Positions 23,601 to 35,600 of a stretch of 64,000 nt of DNA are shown here, in pieces. The DNA comes from Cyanophora paradoxa CCMP329 (lineage: Eukaryota > Plantae > Glaucophyta): positions 1 to 64,000 of the forward strand of contig QPMI01000491.1 in the NCBI GenBank assembly GCA_004431415.1. Reading direction: 5' to 3'. The notes under the pieces were generated by a model, which worked only from the letters and a program-made list of their open reading frames with translations, had not been told where the DNA came from and did not search any database. Made by a program: the position numbers and the translations under genes. Numbering within the stretch: position 1 is the first letter of the stretch; every line of letters begins with the position of its first letter.

Positions 23601-26600
23601 AGGGTAGGGAGGGTGCCGCCGGTGGAGACTGGGGGCGGCGCGGCGGATGGTACGCCCGGGGAAGGTCGGCGGGGGCCGGAGGGCCGGGAGGGTTGGGCTG
23701 CAGCATAGGGGGTCAAGGGTGACGGACCCGTAGCAGAGGCTGAGGGCAATATATTCACGGTATCTGCGGAGCGCTGCAGCGTCGGCCTGAATGTAGGCTG
23801 GGGGGCGGGGCAGGTCCGACGGGGTAAGTGCTGAGGAGCGACTGAGTAGGTCAGCTGTGAGGAGGAGGAGTGGACCGCAGGCCGTGCTGTTTGGGGGCTG
23901 GAGAACGGAAAGGGATGTCTCCGGGCGTAGATAGGTCCATCTGCAGAAGGGAGTGGGGGGGAGGGGGGGTCCAGAGTCGCGCTGACTCCAAGTGGCCGCC
24001 AAGTCTTGTGCAAAGGAGACAAGGTGATCAGGGACGTCGAGGGAGCCATTGTAGAAGTAGAATGAGCGCGTCTGTGGAAATAGAGCAAGTAGGTGCCAGT
24101 GTCCCGGAGGTCTGCTGGAGGAAGGGGTCAGCGAGGGGGCTGGTGGGGTCTGTTGAATTGGGCAATAGGTGAGGATGGGGACGAGAACGAGGCGGGCATC
24201 GAGGAGTCGTCCGTGGGGGATGTATCGGTGTAGGGGGAGGAGGGCAGAACCCCGAGAGTCGAAGTGGGAGGCTGCGCTAGCAGGGTAGGAGCTGGACGAT
24301 AGGAAGTGAGCAGGGTGGGTGAGGCCAGGGCGGCTTCCCGGGAAGAGAGCAGGTCAAAAAAGGCTTCCACGAGGGGAGGCTGAGGGGGCATTCGGACGGA
24401 GGTGTATAAGGTCGCCTCGTCGAATGAGTGAGTAACAGTGAGGGTCGGCTCGGGGGGCGGGTGGGAGGGGGGCTTCGACGCGAGGGTTTGCTCCGCGCAA
24501 TAATCATTGTCTGCGAAGCGGAAGGCATTCCCCAGCCAGCTTTTCTCCGCCAGCGTCAGCGGGCGAGGGAGGGGAATTCAGTCGGGTGGACGGGGGTTCG
24601 GCCTGGGGAGGCATGCGCAACGGGGTGGGCCGCGGGCGACGGAGGGCGTGGGATTGAGGAGTGGGCGTGGGAGGGGTGGAGGGATGCGGGGAGGGGGAGG
24701 GGAGTTGGGGGATCGGGGGGTGTAAGGGGCAAGGGGGAAGGGGGGGACGGAAGGGAGGGGGGTGGGGTCTCGTTTGCGTCGGACCCGGCGGCGGGCTTTT
24801 GCTGCCGTGTGCTGGGAGGGGCGGGAGCTGGTGCGTGGGGTCGTGCGCTGCCGTTTTGTTGTGAAAGCCGGGCCGTTGGCCTGGATTGTCCCCAGGAGGA
24901 CCTCAGGGTCCCGGAGGAGGAGAGCGGCCGCCCAGCGTTCCCGGTAGATGGGGGCGTGGAAGGGGATGGGGCGCGCGGCCCCGTCCTTTGCCGTACAGGT
25001 GGACTTCCTCGCCGCGGCCAATGAACTCAGCGGCGGTCATGACGAAGAGAGCGTCTTCACCCGTGTGGACGTGTTTCCAAGCTTGCGTGGGGAAGGTGCT
25101 GGTGTCGTATTTCCAGGCCGAGCGTGGAGAGGGGTCGCCAGGGCGGAGGGTCGCCGTCCACCATTTGAGGACCCAGTCTTTAAGAAGGACCGTGACGTCG
25201 GAGGCGGGTTTGCGGGTGACGTCCAGGATGCGGATTTCGCGGAGGCGGGCTGAGATGATTGCTAGTCGCCAGGGTCGGGACCCAGAGGGTGGTAGGGGAA
25301 GGAGAATATAGTCGTACTCCGTTGGGGAGAAGGGGTGCGGGACGTAGGATCGGTCCGTTAGCGGCCGGCCTGCGCGGGTCTTGAGCGAGAGGGTGGAAGG
25401 GGCTGTGCCCATGAGGATTGAGGTTGCGTGGGAGGACGAAAGAAAGAGGCACTTGGGGGTGGTGGGGGCGTGCAGCCGGAAGGAGACTTGCCGGTTCTGA
25501 AGAAGTCTGAAGAAAGCGTCAATGGGTTCTGCAGGTATGGGTTGTTCGAGGAGAAGGGTGTGGCCAGGTGGGCCCCAGACCGGGGTTGGGGTCGATGAGG
25601 GAGAGAGGAGCCGCTCTAAGGGCGGCCAGGCGAGATTTTATGCCATCGAGGAGGGGAAGTACTCGGCGGTCATACCGGGGGCCGTCAGGATCGATGGCAG
25701 CCGAGTAGGGAATGGCTCGGCGGCCATATCGTTCGAACAGTATGGGGAGGGCGCCGGTTTGGTCGCGGAGTGGGAAAGTGGGTGGGGGGCCGGGCGGGGC
25801 GGGGGTGGGGTGGCAGTGCGGGCAGGATAGGGCAGGTCCCCGTGCCCATTGTTCTGCGATCAGGGAGGAAATGGGGAGTCCCCACATGCCAGGATCACAG
25901 CGGTGGTACGCGATCGGAGGGGCACCAGCCTCAGCTTGGGGGGTGGGGGCAAGCGTGAGATCTTCGTCCCAATACCAGGCGGGGAGAGGCGTGTCGCGGT
26001 CGGCGGGGACAGCCGGTTTGCAGAGGGAAGTGTGATAGAAAGTCCAGCTGGGGCCGGGGGCCCGAGGGTGGGCGAGGTGGTGGTCGAGGGCGAGCTTCCT
26101 TGTAGGCCCGGGGTCGGGATATTCGGCGTCGGGGGGGTCCTCGGGGAGTGGTTGAAGGAAGATTGGGTTGGGAGGGGAGTAACATTGGAAGGAGATGTTG
26201 CGAGTGATGTTTTTGCGTCCGAAGGCTTCTAGGAAGGCTGAGTAGGCGCGGAGGATGTCGCAGTCCGAAGTGATGGTGAGATGTTCGTCGGAGGGGAGGA
26301 GAGCGTGGTTTTTGGGGATGCGGATGCAGCGGTTCCAGATGAGAGTTTCCTCCGCTACGAATGCTCGTTCGAGTCTAGCCGACGCGAGGGGGACGAGGTC
26401 TAGGATCAGGTGGGTGTTGGTAGTATCAGAGGCGTCGACATATTCGGCTAGGTCCGCCTGGCAGCGGAGGAAGTTGTAGTCGGCCGGGCTATCTGCTAGA
26501 ATATATGTGCGAAGATGCCGGCGAGGCGGAAAGAGGGACGAGAATAGCGACGGGGGGAGGGGCGGGGAGGAGTCGTCCGAAAAAAGGAGTCGAGCGTCGG

Positions 26601-29600
26601 GGATGTCCATTCCACCAATATAATGATAAGGGGCCGAGGCAGGGAACGTCTGCGGGGCAGTAGGTGGGGGGGCAGCTGGTCCGCTGAGGGGGACGCGGGG
26701 TCGGCGGGGGGAGGAGGGGACCGGGCGTCGGGTTGCCTGTGGGGTTGTAGCCGTTGCGGTTGGCCGCGGAATGGTCTTTGGTTGGTGAGAGGGGACCCAT
26801 TGGAGCGTGATTTGAAAGTTTGGGTCTTGAGCGATACGAATGGCGTATTGCGTGCGAGCGTTGAGGAGAAGGGCCCCGTCTTCTCGGCGGAGCAGGGTGC
26901 GGAAGTTGATAGGGTGGGAGAAAGAGGAGGGGTCTCGGAAGGCGAAGGCTGTCAGGGCCCGGATAGTGTTTTGGCTGTCCGTGATAATTTTCCCACCCGT
27001 GGGCCCGAAGTACGTGAATGCTGCGGAGATCGCGCCTGCTAGCTCTCCCAGGTTCACGTTGTGTTGGACACCGGGGAGGCGGTGGGCGAACTCGATGTGG
27101 TTAGGTAAGTCGGGATTATTTTCGAGGGGTGCAAGGCCGGCGTAGGTGGTTCGGACTGATGCGGAGCCCTGTTTTTGTGTGCTGGCGTCCGTGTATATGA
27201 CCCGGGGAGTAGGGTCGGGGGGAGGAGGTGGGGAGTTTAGGGCACGGAGCGTGGGGCAGAGCTCAGCGAAGAGGGCTCGGGAGGTGGCGAAGAGGAAGTC
27301 GAGCCCGGCCGAGGAATCATAGAATTCGCGGTCGGCTTGTGAGGGAGGGTCCTCGGGCGTGGGCGTCGCTCGAGGGCGACATTGGTGGCCTGGGCTTCCG
27401 CGCGGAAGGAGTCCCACCAGTCAGTTTCCCGAAGCCAGAGGTCGATGAAACCAATATGTGTGATTTCGCGGGGGAGGTTGGGAGGGGGGAGTTCGGGGTC
27501 ATATTGGGCGGAGGGGTTTCTGAGGAGGGGTCGAGGCGGCTTTTTTAGCTGCTCTTGTGGGTTGAGCGCGGGTGGGCTGTTGTCCTCTGAAGCGGGAGCA
27601 TGGGAAGGCGGGGCGGAGTCGGGCAGCTGCCGGGAGCGGGTGGGAGCCGGCCTATTTAGGTTGGAGAGGCTCGGAGACCAGCCCTTCGATTCGCACGAGG
27701 AGCCCGCTGGAATTCGGCGAACGTGGGATGCGTACTCGACCCAGCGGCAGGCCGTTGTGGAGAGGCCCAGCTCGCGATGGAGCTGTTCGGAGCCGCAAAA
27801 TTTTGGGTGGGGCAGAATTGGAATTCGAGTCTGCGTTCACGCCAGGCAGGGTCGAGTTCAAGAGCCGATAGGCCGGGGTCGCGTGTGGAAAGTCCATCGT
27901 ATGGGGTGAGGCAGTAATGGACGAGTTCCACCCCATAATTATACTCTGAGTCTCGGGGCAGTTAGGGTCCGCGTCGGGGTCCTCGGGAGCCAGTTCGTCC
28001 GGGTTGTCGTCCGGGAGAGGGGTTTCCCGACGACGCGACCAACTAGGCCTTGGGACGTCCAGACAAAGTCACCGATTTTGAGTCCCGCAAGGACGGCGTC
28101 GGCTTGGAGAGAGCGACGGATGTCTGGGATAGAGGGCGGCGGGGCATGGGGTATCGGGGGAGGAAGGGGGACTGGATGGAAGGGCGGGGAAGAGAGAGTT
28201 CTTCGCGGACCGCGTCCCACCAGGAGGGGGCATGTTTGTAGTATGCCGGGACACGACCATGACTCCAGAGGAGGGACCAATCAGCTAGTGAGCCGTCGGA
28301 GGACGTAATGTCACGGATGGTGAGGAGGCCGCAGCGATAGAGGCGCTGGCCGGCTTGTTGGAGGGTGAGGGGCGTCAATTGTGATGATATAATGTATTCT
28401 CGTCGAAGGTGGGACCGTCGGGAGGGGAGGCCGTGCGTCCAGGAATCGCATGTTGTGAGGATGTGGTGGGAGGTGGAAGTCAAGTCTGCCGTGATGGCGA
28501 GCGTAATATTTTTCTGTAGTGTAAGGGGCCCCGAAGGAAGGTTCGGGTATTCATGTGGGAGGAGGGGGAGCCCGTACCGGGCCTGGGTGTCGAGGACGCG
28601 TTGTCGGTATATTTGGCCGTAGAGTGATGATGTGTGGGAGGCGAGTTCCTGGCGGAGGCGCTCGTCGACGCACTGCTGTTGGCGTTGGATGACTGCTATT
28701 GAGGGAAGGCGATAGATGGAGGAGAATGCAGCCGTGGAGACGGACTGGGCCAGGTTGGCAGTGTGTTTGGCCGCGGTGAGCCAAACAGCGTCGAGGGACT
28801 GGCATTGGGATGGCATTAGGGTCATGATGCGGAGGGGGTATGACAGTTTAGGGAAGAGAACCCGGTGTAATATCACTTGGAATTCGTGAACGGTAATCTT
28901 TTTCGTGGCTAGGATCGAGATTGCAGATTGGAGCTGGGATTTGAGTAGGCGGACTTGGTGGGTCCAAGACAGGTTCGCAGTAAACTGGACGCCGAGGACG
29001 CGGAAGGGCGTTGTGGGGGAGAGGATGTGGCCAACCTCAGCTCTGGAATCGCCAACTCCGACATAGTATTTGCTCTTGACCGGCTCTTCGGATCGGGGGG
29101 TTTCCAGTGAAAGATTTCCGTCTTTTTGGCGTTCAAGTTCATGCCATGGATATGTAGAAATTCGGACAGCCAGTCAAGCATATGTTGGAGGCCCTGAGCC
29201 GAGCTGGCAAGCATGGTGGTATCGTCGGCGTATGCAAGCACAGAGACTTTGGGGCAGGGACCGGCGGGGAAGTAGAGGGTTCGCCAGGGCATGGTGGGCG
29301 GGGGAACGGGGCGGGTCGGATCAGATCGGTGCGGCCCAAGCTGGTAGCCGAAATTGGACTGAGTCGCTCGTTCTTCAATGGCGGTGAGAGCGGCGTCGAA
29401 GAAAATGCGCCAGTGGAGGGGGGCTTCGATGCCACCTTGGGGAGGCCACAGGGACTTGAAAATATTCAGTGCGGCCGTGGGGGGTAAGGATGCACGCCGT
29501 GCGGTGTTGAGCTGCTTTTTTGTGGAGGGCTATATATCGTTTCCCTTCAGGATGGAGGTGGAGTTGGATACGGTTAAGGCTGAGCTCTTGGCTATGCCAG

Positions 29601-32600
29601 GAGACACTGTCGTAGGCGCTGGCGATATCCCCAGGCCGCCAAAGATTGGCTTTTTGAACTGGTGCGCGTCCTCGAGGGAGGATCGGAGGGCGTAGAGGAC
29701 AGGGTCGGTAGATTCGCGGCGACAGAAACCATAATTACGGCCGCGTAAAATGTTATGTGTATCAATGCGGTCTTCCATGCGGTGGGTCAGGAGGCCCGTG
29801 ACCAGCTTCCAGGTGACTTCTTGAAGGGTGATGGGGCGGAGATCGGCGAGATCTGCTGAATTATCTCGTTTCGGGATAGCGTAGACTTGGCCGCGAAGTG
29901 CGTGGTCGGGCACGTGGCCGAGAAGAGTGGATTGAACTAGAGCTCGGATGGCGTCGCGCGAGGTGGTCCAGTGGGCCGCGGACTCGAAGCTGTTTATCTC
30001 GTCTGTAGAGTGTGAGGCGGTTAGGGTCTGGCGTTCCGTCTTGGAGAGGCGGAGGGGGGACCAGAGCATTTTAAGCATTCCGTTCGTGAGGCCGGAGGGC
30101 CGCCAGCGCCATTGGACAGGGACGAGATGAGGCGATCGAGTTCGGGGTCCTCTGGCATGGCCATTAGCCCGTCCCAGACGGCGGGGCGAAGTGGGAAAGG
30201 GGTCGGTACTGGCGTTTCCAAAATCTGCCCAACCAGGCGCCGTTTTCAATGACCTCGAATTTCGTAGCTATGGCATCCAGGTTTGGGGCGGCCTTGCGGA
30301 GTCGCCAGAAATTTTTGAAGTGATCCAGATGTGCGCGTTTAATTTCAGTGGATCAGTGAGCACTTCGGGGAGTCCCGCTGCCGTGCGGGTAAGATACAGG
30401 CGAGGGGCGGATCGGAAGCGGGAGAGAAGGAGTTGAATAGCCCGACCCATGCTTCGACAGTGGGACAGGAGGTGGCGGCGGGTGTCAATATTGCGAGCGA
30501 TGTCGGCTTCAGTGTATGCGTGGCGATGGTTGTCCAGGGCGGCCCGCGCCTGTAAATGCCACATGCTGAGTTGAGCATGGTACTCGGCGATTTCAGATCC
30601 TGTAATGATACCCTTCTCGAACTCAGGGTAATTAGGAGGGTCGGGGAAAGCGAGGAGGGAGGGGCAAAATGCCAGCGTGGTGTCCGAGCCCGCGGATTTT
30701 CGGATGTCTGTCACGTCTTTGGGAAGGTCCCGGAAAACAGCCCGAATAGTTTCGTCAGGCGGGTGGTCTGTGGAACCTTGGCGGGACCAGTCGTTTAGGG
30801 CCTGTCCGACGCGGCCAACAAGTTGTTCGTCGTCAGCGTCCAGCGCAGACAAGTGGTTGAATTTAGCCATATCGCCCTGGGCGGCTACTCGGTGTTGGAG
30901 GACTTTTGCAGTAGAGAATTCTTTAGCGTGAGCGACGGACTTGATACTCTGGGCGATTGCGCAGAGGAGGGAGCGGTGGGATTTCGTGGCGCGGCGGGCA
31001 TAGTCGGGGCTGTTTTCGGGAGTGAGAAGGAGCTGGATATACCGCTGACCGTGTTTATTGAGAAAGGCTTCGACAGCGAGCTTGAAAGCAAGCCGGATTG
31101 GTGCAGGCTGGGCGGCATAGTTGAAGAGAGGGGGGAGAGGCTGGGGTCGGGGCTGGCGGGGGGCGGTCGGGGGGCAGAGAGCACTCCTTCGGTTGTGAAA
31201 GTCGCCAATACTGGGAAGTGATCGGCTGAGAGCAGGGGGAGGGTCGTCCAGGGACAGCCAGTGTACGAGTGCCCAGCGATCGGGCCGCTAGGGTGGGGAG
31301 GCGAGGGCATAGTCGAGGCGGGCGGCGTTCAGGAGAGGGCGGTGGCCTTGCTCGTCGATGAAGTCTGCGTGGTGTGAGATGTGCGTGAAATCGCCGGGGT
31401 ACCGGTGTCGATGAGGCCCCAGGTCGCTCGGAGGAGGGTCCAGATTTCCGCGTAGGAGTTCGGGGGTGTAGTTTCGGTGCGCCGGTTGCCCCCGGTGATC
31501 CGGTCGTTGCACGGAGAGTGTGTGCTATTCATATCGCCGAGTACCAGGAGATGTGTCTGCCAGTCAGGCTCGTGGAGGTCAGGTGCGACCTTCGCGGTCA
31601 GGTATTCGGTGAGGTCGTGGAGCTCTTTTTGCAAATTGTCGTGCCCGCAGTCCGGTATATAGAGTGAGAGGACAATGAGGCGCTCGCGCGTGCGCGGGAA
31701 GTCAAACCGAGCGCCGGCTACCCGGCCGTCAAACGCGTAATCCGCCTGGCGGTGCGCTGCATAGCTTGCTGAGATCCACAGCGCGGAGCCGGCGGTGCCA
31801 GGACGGGCCGCGGAGGGAGGGAGTAGACAAGGTAGCTAGATTTATGGCGGCGGACTGCCGTCTTAATCAGGTGATCGCGGATATTGGGCGGAAAGGGCTT
31901 CGAGGGGGGCGGTCAACGGGGACCATGTCGACCTCTTGAAGAGCAACGAAGTGACAGTCCCAATCACGGCGGCCATAGTCGATTGCGCTGATAAATTTAG
32001 TTGCAACATTGTTGCCGCTCGTCTTCCCCTCCAAGCGGCGAATATTCCACGTGAGGGCGCGGAGGTTCAGCTTCGCATTAGCCGCGTCCGGGGGATGTGC
32101 TAGGACGGGGATCTGGAGCACATCACGATGGCCGCGAGCGTCAATACGGTCAGCGGTGTAGAGGGAGGGAGGGTATAGCGTTAGAAGGGACGAGGCCGCC
32201 GTGACTAGTGTCGGGGAGGAGAGGGCAGCGGCGGCGGTAGCGACTGCAGCGGCCGTAGCTGTGCTGGGCTCAATGTCCGCAAGAGCGACAGGGACAAGGG
32301 CAGCGAGGAGAGCACAAAGGAGGAGGCGCGCGGGGAGAGGGGCCGGGCGGCTGAAGGTCCGTTGGACTTGTGGGGCGCGGCGCGCAGGCCAGCCCAGGAG
32401 TTCGAGACCGGCGTCATGCGGCGCAGCGTCCGTGGCGCCGGCGTCAGCGGGGCCAGCGCTGGCGTGCACGTAGGCACTGGCGCGGATGCTAACTGCGAGG
32501 TACGCGGCCGTGCGCGTGGCTGGTACGCGTCCGGATCCGTACACGGGGCTCGTACGACAGCTCTCGGCGTCATGCAGCGCGGCGTCCGCGGCCGAGCTCG

Positions 32601-35600
32601 AGGCGCCGGCGTTGGCGGAGCTAGCACTAGCGTGGGCGCCGGAGCTAGCTGCGAAACCTGCAGTGGTAGTATCGGTGCTATAGCTAGGCGCCGGCACGCG
32701 ACCGTACGCAGGGTTGGTGGTACTTGCTATAGTGCAGCTATTAAAGCGCCAATCGCGGATTGCGGAGGTATTGGGCCGCTTCGAATCATTGCCCGACTCA
32801 CCGGTCGCATGAATAGAAAAAACTGTTCGCGTTGGAGTTTTTTGACGGCACGCGGCGGGGGTACCGGTAGGCGCAGTTTCGTCCGGGGCCCTGAGACGTT
32901 CCGAACGGAAGGGGAGGCTCCACCGGCCACTGCAGTAGGCGGCGGCGCTGATGTGGCTTCCGTGCTCCAGTCCAGCGATCATGTTCTGGAGCATGCCGTA
33001 GCGCGGTCTAGCGAACGTGGTCCAGGAGGTGCTCCAGATGTAGACACGGCGACTGAGCTGCGAAAGTACTTGCGCGGCCTGCTGGATGCCGAGGCGAACA
33101 GCGCGGCGTGGAGCGGCAGCGACAGTAGCATCAGTACGGGGCCCGGGATTGACCTCTCGCTGCGGGCCTCCGGGAAACTTCTGCACATCGAGGTTTGCTC
33201 TACGGGTCGGACAGTCGGCTCGGGCACTGCGCTGAGCAGCCGGGCGGCCGAGGCCGACAGCGTCCTGCAGGTCGAACGGAGGCGAGGCGCAAGGCGCGCT
33301 GGGGCCCGGTGGCGGCTTCGCTTCAGGTCCAGGTCCGTCAGCACGGGCGCGGCGCCGAGCAGCGGGGCGGCCGACAGCGTCTTGCAGGTCGCGCGGCGCG
33401 GGCGGAGCTCGAGGCGAGACAGGCGGCGCGCTGGGGCCCGTCGGCGGCTTCACTTCAGGTCCAGGTCCGTCAGCAAAGGCGCGGCGCCGGGCAGCAGGGC
33501 GGCCGACAGCGTCCTGCAGGTCGCGCGGCGCGGGCGGAGGCGAGGCGCGGGGCGCGCTGGGGCTCGGCGGCGGATTCTCGTCAGGTCCAGGTCCGTCAGC
33601 GCGGGCGCGGCGCCGGGCAGCGGGGCGGCCGACAGCGTCCTGCAGGTCTCGCGGCGCGGGCGGAGGCGAGGCGTTGGGCGCGCTGGGGCTCGGCGGCGGC
33701 TTCACTTGAGGTCCAGGTCCGGCAGCGCGGGCGCGGCGCCGGGCAGCTGGGCGGCCGACAGTGTTCTGCAGGTCGCGCGGTGCGGGCGGAGGCGAGACGG
33801 GCGGCATGCTGGGGCTCGGCGGCGGCTTCACTGCAGGTCCAGGTCCGTCAGCGCGGGCGCGGCGCCGGGCAGCGGGGCGGCCGACAGCGTCCTGCAGGTC
33901 ACGCGGCGCGGGCGGAGGCGGGACGGGCGGCGCGCTGGGGCCCGTCGGCGGCTTCACTTGAGGTCCAGGTCCGTCAGCACGGGCGCGACGCCGGGCAGCG
34001 GGGCGGCCGACAGCGTCCTGCAGGTCGCGTGGCGCGGGCGGAGGCGAGGCGCGGAGCGCGCTGGGGCCCGTCGGCGGCTTCTCTTCCGGTCCGGGTCCGG
34101 CAGCACGGGCGCGGTGCCGGGCAGCGGGGCGGCCGACAGCGTCCTGCAGGTCGCTCGGCGCGGGCGGAGGCGGGACCACCGGCGCGCTGGGGCCCGTCGG
34201 CGGCTTCTCTTCCGGTCCGAGTCCGGCAGCGCGGGCGCGGCGCCGGGCAGTGGGGTGGCCGACAGCGTCCTGCAGGTCTTGCGGCGCGGGCGGAGGTGAA
34301 ACAGGCGGCGAGCTGGGGCTCGGCGGCGGCTTCACTTCAGGTCCAGGTCCGTTAGCAAAGGCGCGGCGCCGGGCAGCTGGGCGGCCGACAGCGTCCTGCA
34401 GGTCGCGCGGGGCGGGCGGAGGCGAGACAGACGGCGCGCTGGGGCCTATCGGCGGCTTCTCGTCAGGTCCAGGTCCGTCAGTCCGGGCGCGGCGCCGGGC
34501 AGCAAGGCGGCCGACAGCGTCCTGCAGGTCTCGCGACGCGGGCGGAGGCGAGGCGCGGAGCGCGCTGGGGCTCGGCGGCGGCTTCACTTGGGGTCCAGGT
34601 CCGGCAGCGCGGGCGCGGTGCCGGGCAGCGGGGCGGCCGACAGTGTTCTGCAGGTCGCGCGGTGCGGGCGGAGGCGAGACGGGCGGCACGCAGGGGCTCG
34701 GTGGCGGCTTCACTTGAGGTCCAGGTCCGTCAGCGCAAGCGTGGCGCCGGGCAGCGGGGCGGCCGACAGCGTCCTGCAGGTCACGCGGCGCGGGCGGAGG
34801 CGGGACGGGCGGCGCGCTGGGGTCCGTCGGCGGCTTCACTTGAGGTCCAGGTCCGTCAGCGCGGGCGCGGCGCCGGGCAGCTGGGCGGCCGACAGCGTCC
34901 TGCAGGTCGCGTGGCGCGGGCGGAGGCGAGGCGCGGAGCGCGTTGGGGCCCGTCGGCGGCTTCTCTTCCGGGCCGGGTCCGGCAGCACGGGCGCGGTGCC
35001 GGGCAGCGGGGCGGCCGACAGCGTCCTGCAGGTCGCTCGGCGCGGGCGGAGGCGGGACCACCGGCGCGCTGGGGCCCGTCGGCGGCTTCTCTTCCGGTCC
35101 GGGTCCGGCAGCGCGGGCGCGGCGCCGGGCAGTGGGGCGGCCGACAGCGTCCTGCAGGTCGCTCGGCGCGGGCGGAGGTGAGACAGGCGGCGAGCTGGGG
35201 CTCGGCGGCGGCTTCACTTCAGGTCCAGGTCTGTCAGCGCGGGCGCGGCGCCGGGCAGCTGGGCGGCCGACAGCGTCCTGCAGGTCGCGTGGCGCGGGCG
35301 GAGGCGAGGCGCGGAGCGCGCTGGGGCCCGTCGGCGGCTTCTCGTCAGGTCCAGGTCCGTCAGTCCGGGCGCGGCGCCGGGCAGCAGGGCGGCCGACAGC
35401 GTCCTGCAGGCCTCGCGGCGCGGGCGGAGGCGAGGCGTTGGGCGCGCTGGGGCTCGGCGGCGGCGCGACAGGGGGCGAGGCGCGCGGGTTGCTGGGGCCC
35501 GGCGGCACATGTGGCAGGCGAGGCGTGATGCAGCTGGGGCCCCGGTGGGTGGTTAGACCCTGTCCGTCGATCCGACTGGTAGAAGTTGTAGTGGGCATGT

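Larger units (their letters stand above)
23204..27205 (-). other. RNase H domain split by a ~3.5-kb in-polyprotein insertion
   Basis: VIYTDAS (~27190), NLGELAG (~27045), IITDSQ (~26975), LQWVPSH (~26785); the last motif HNDAVDKLAK appears only at 23204-23233. Confidence 0.75.
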
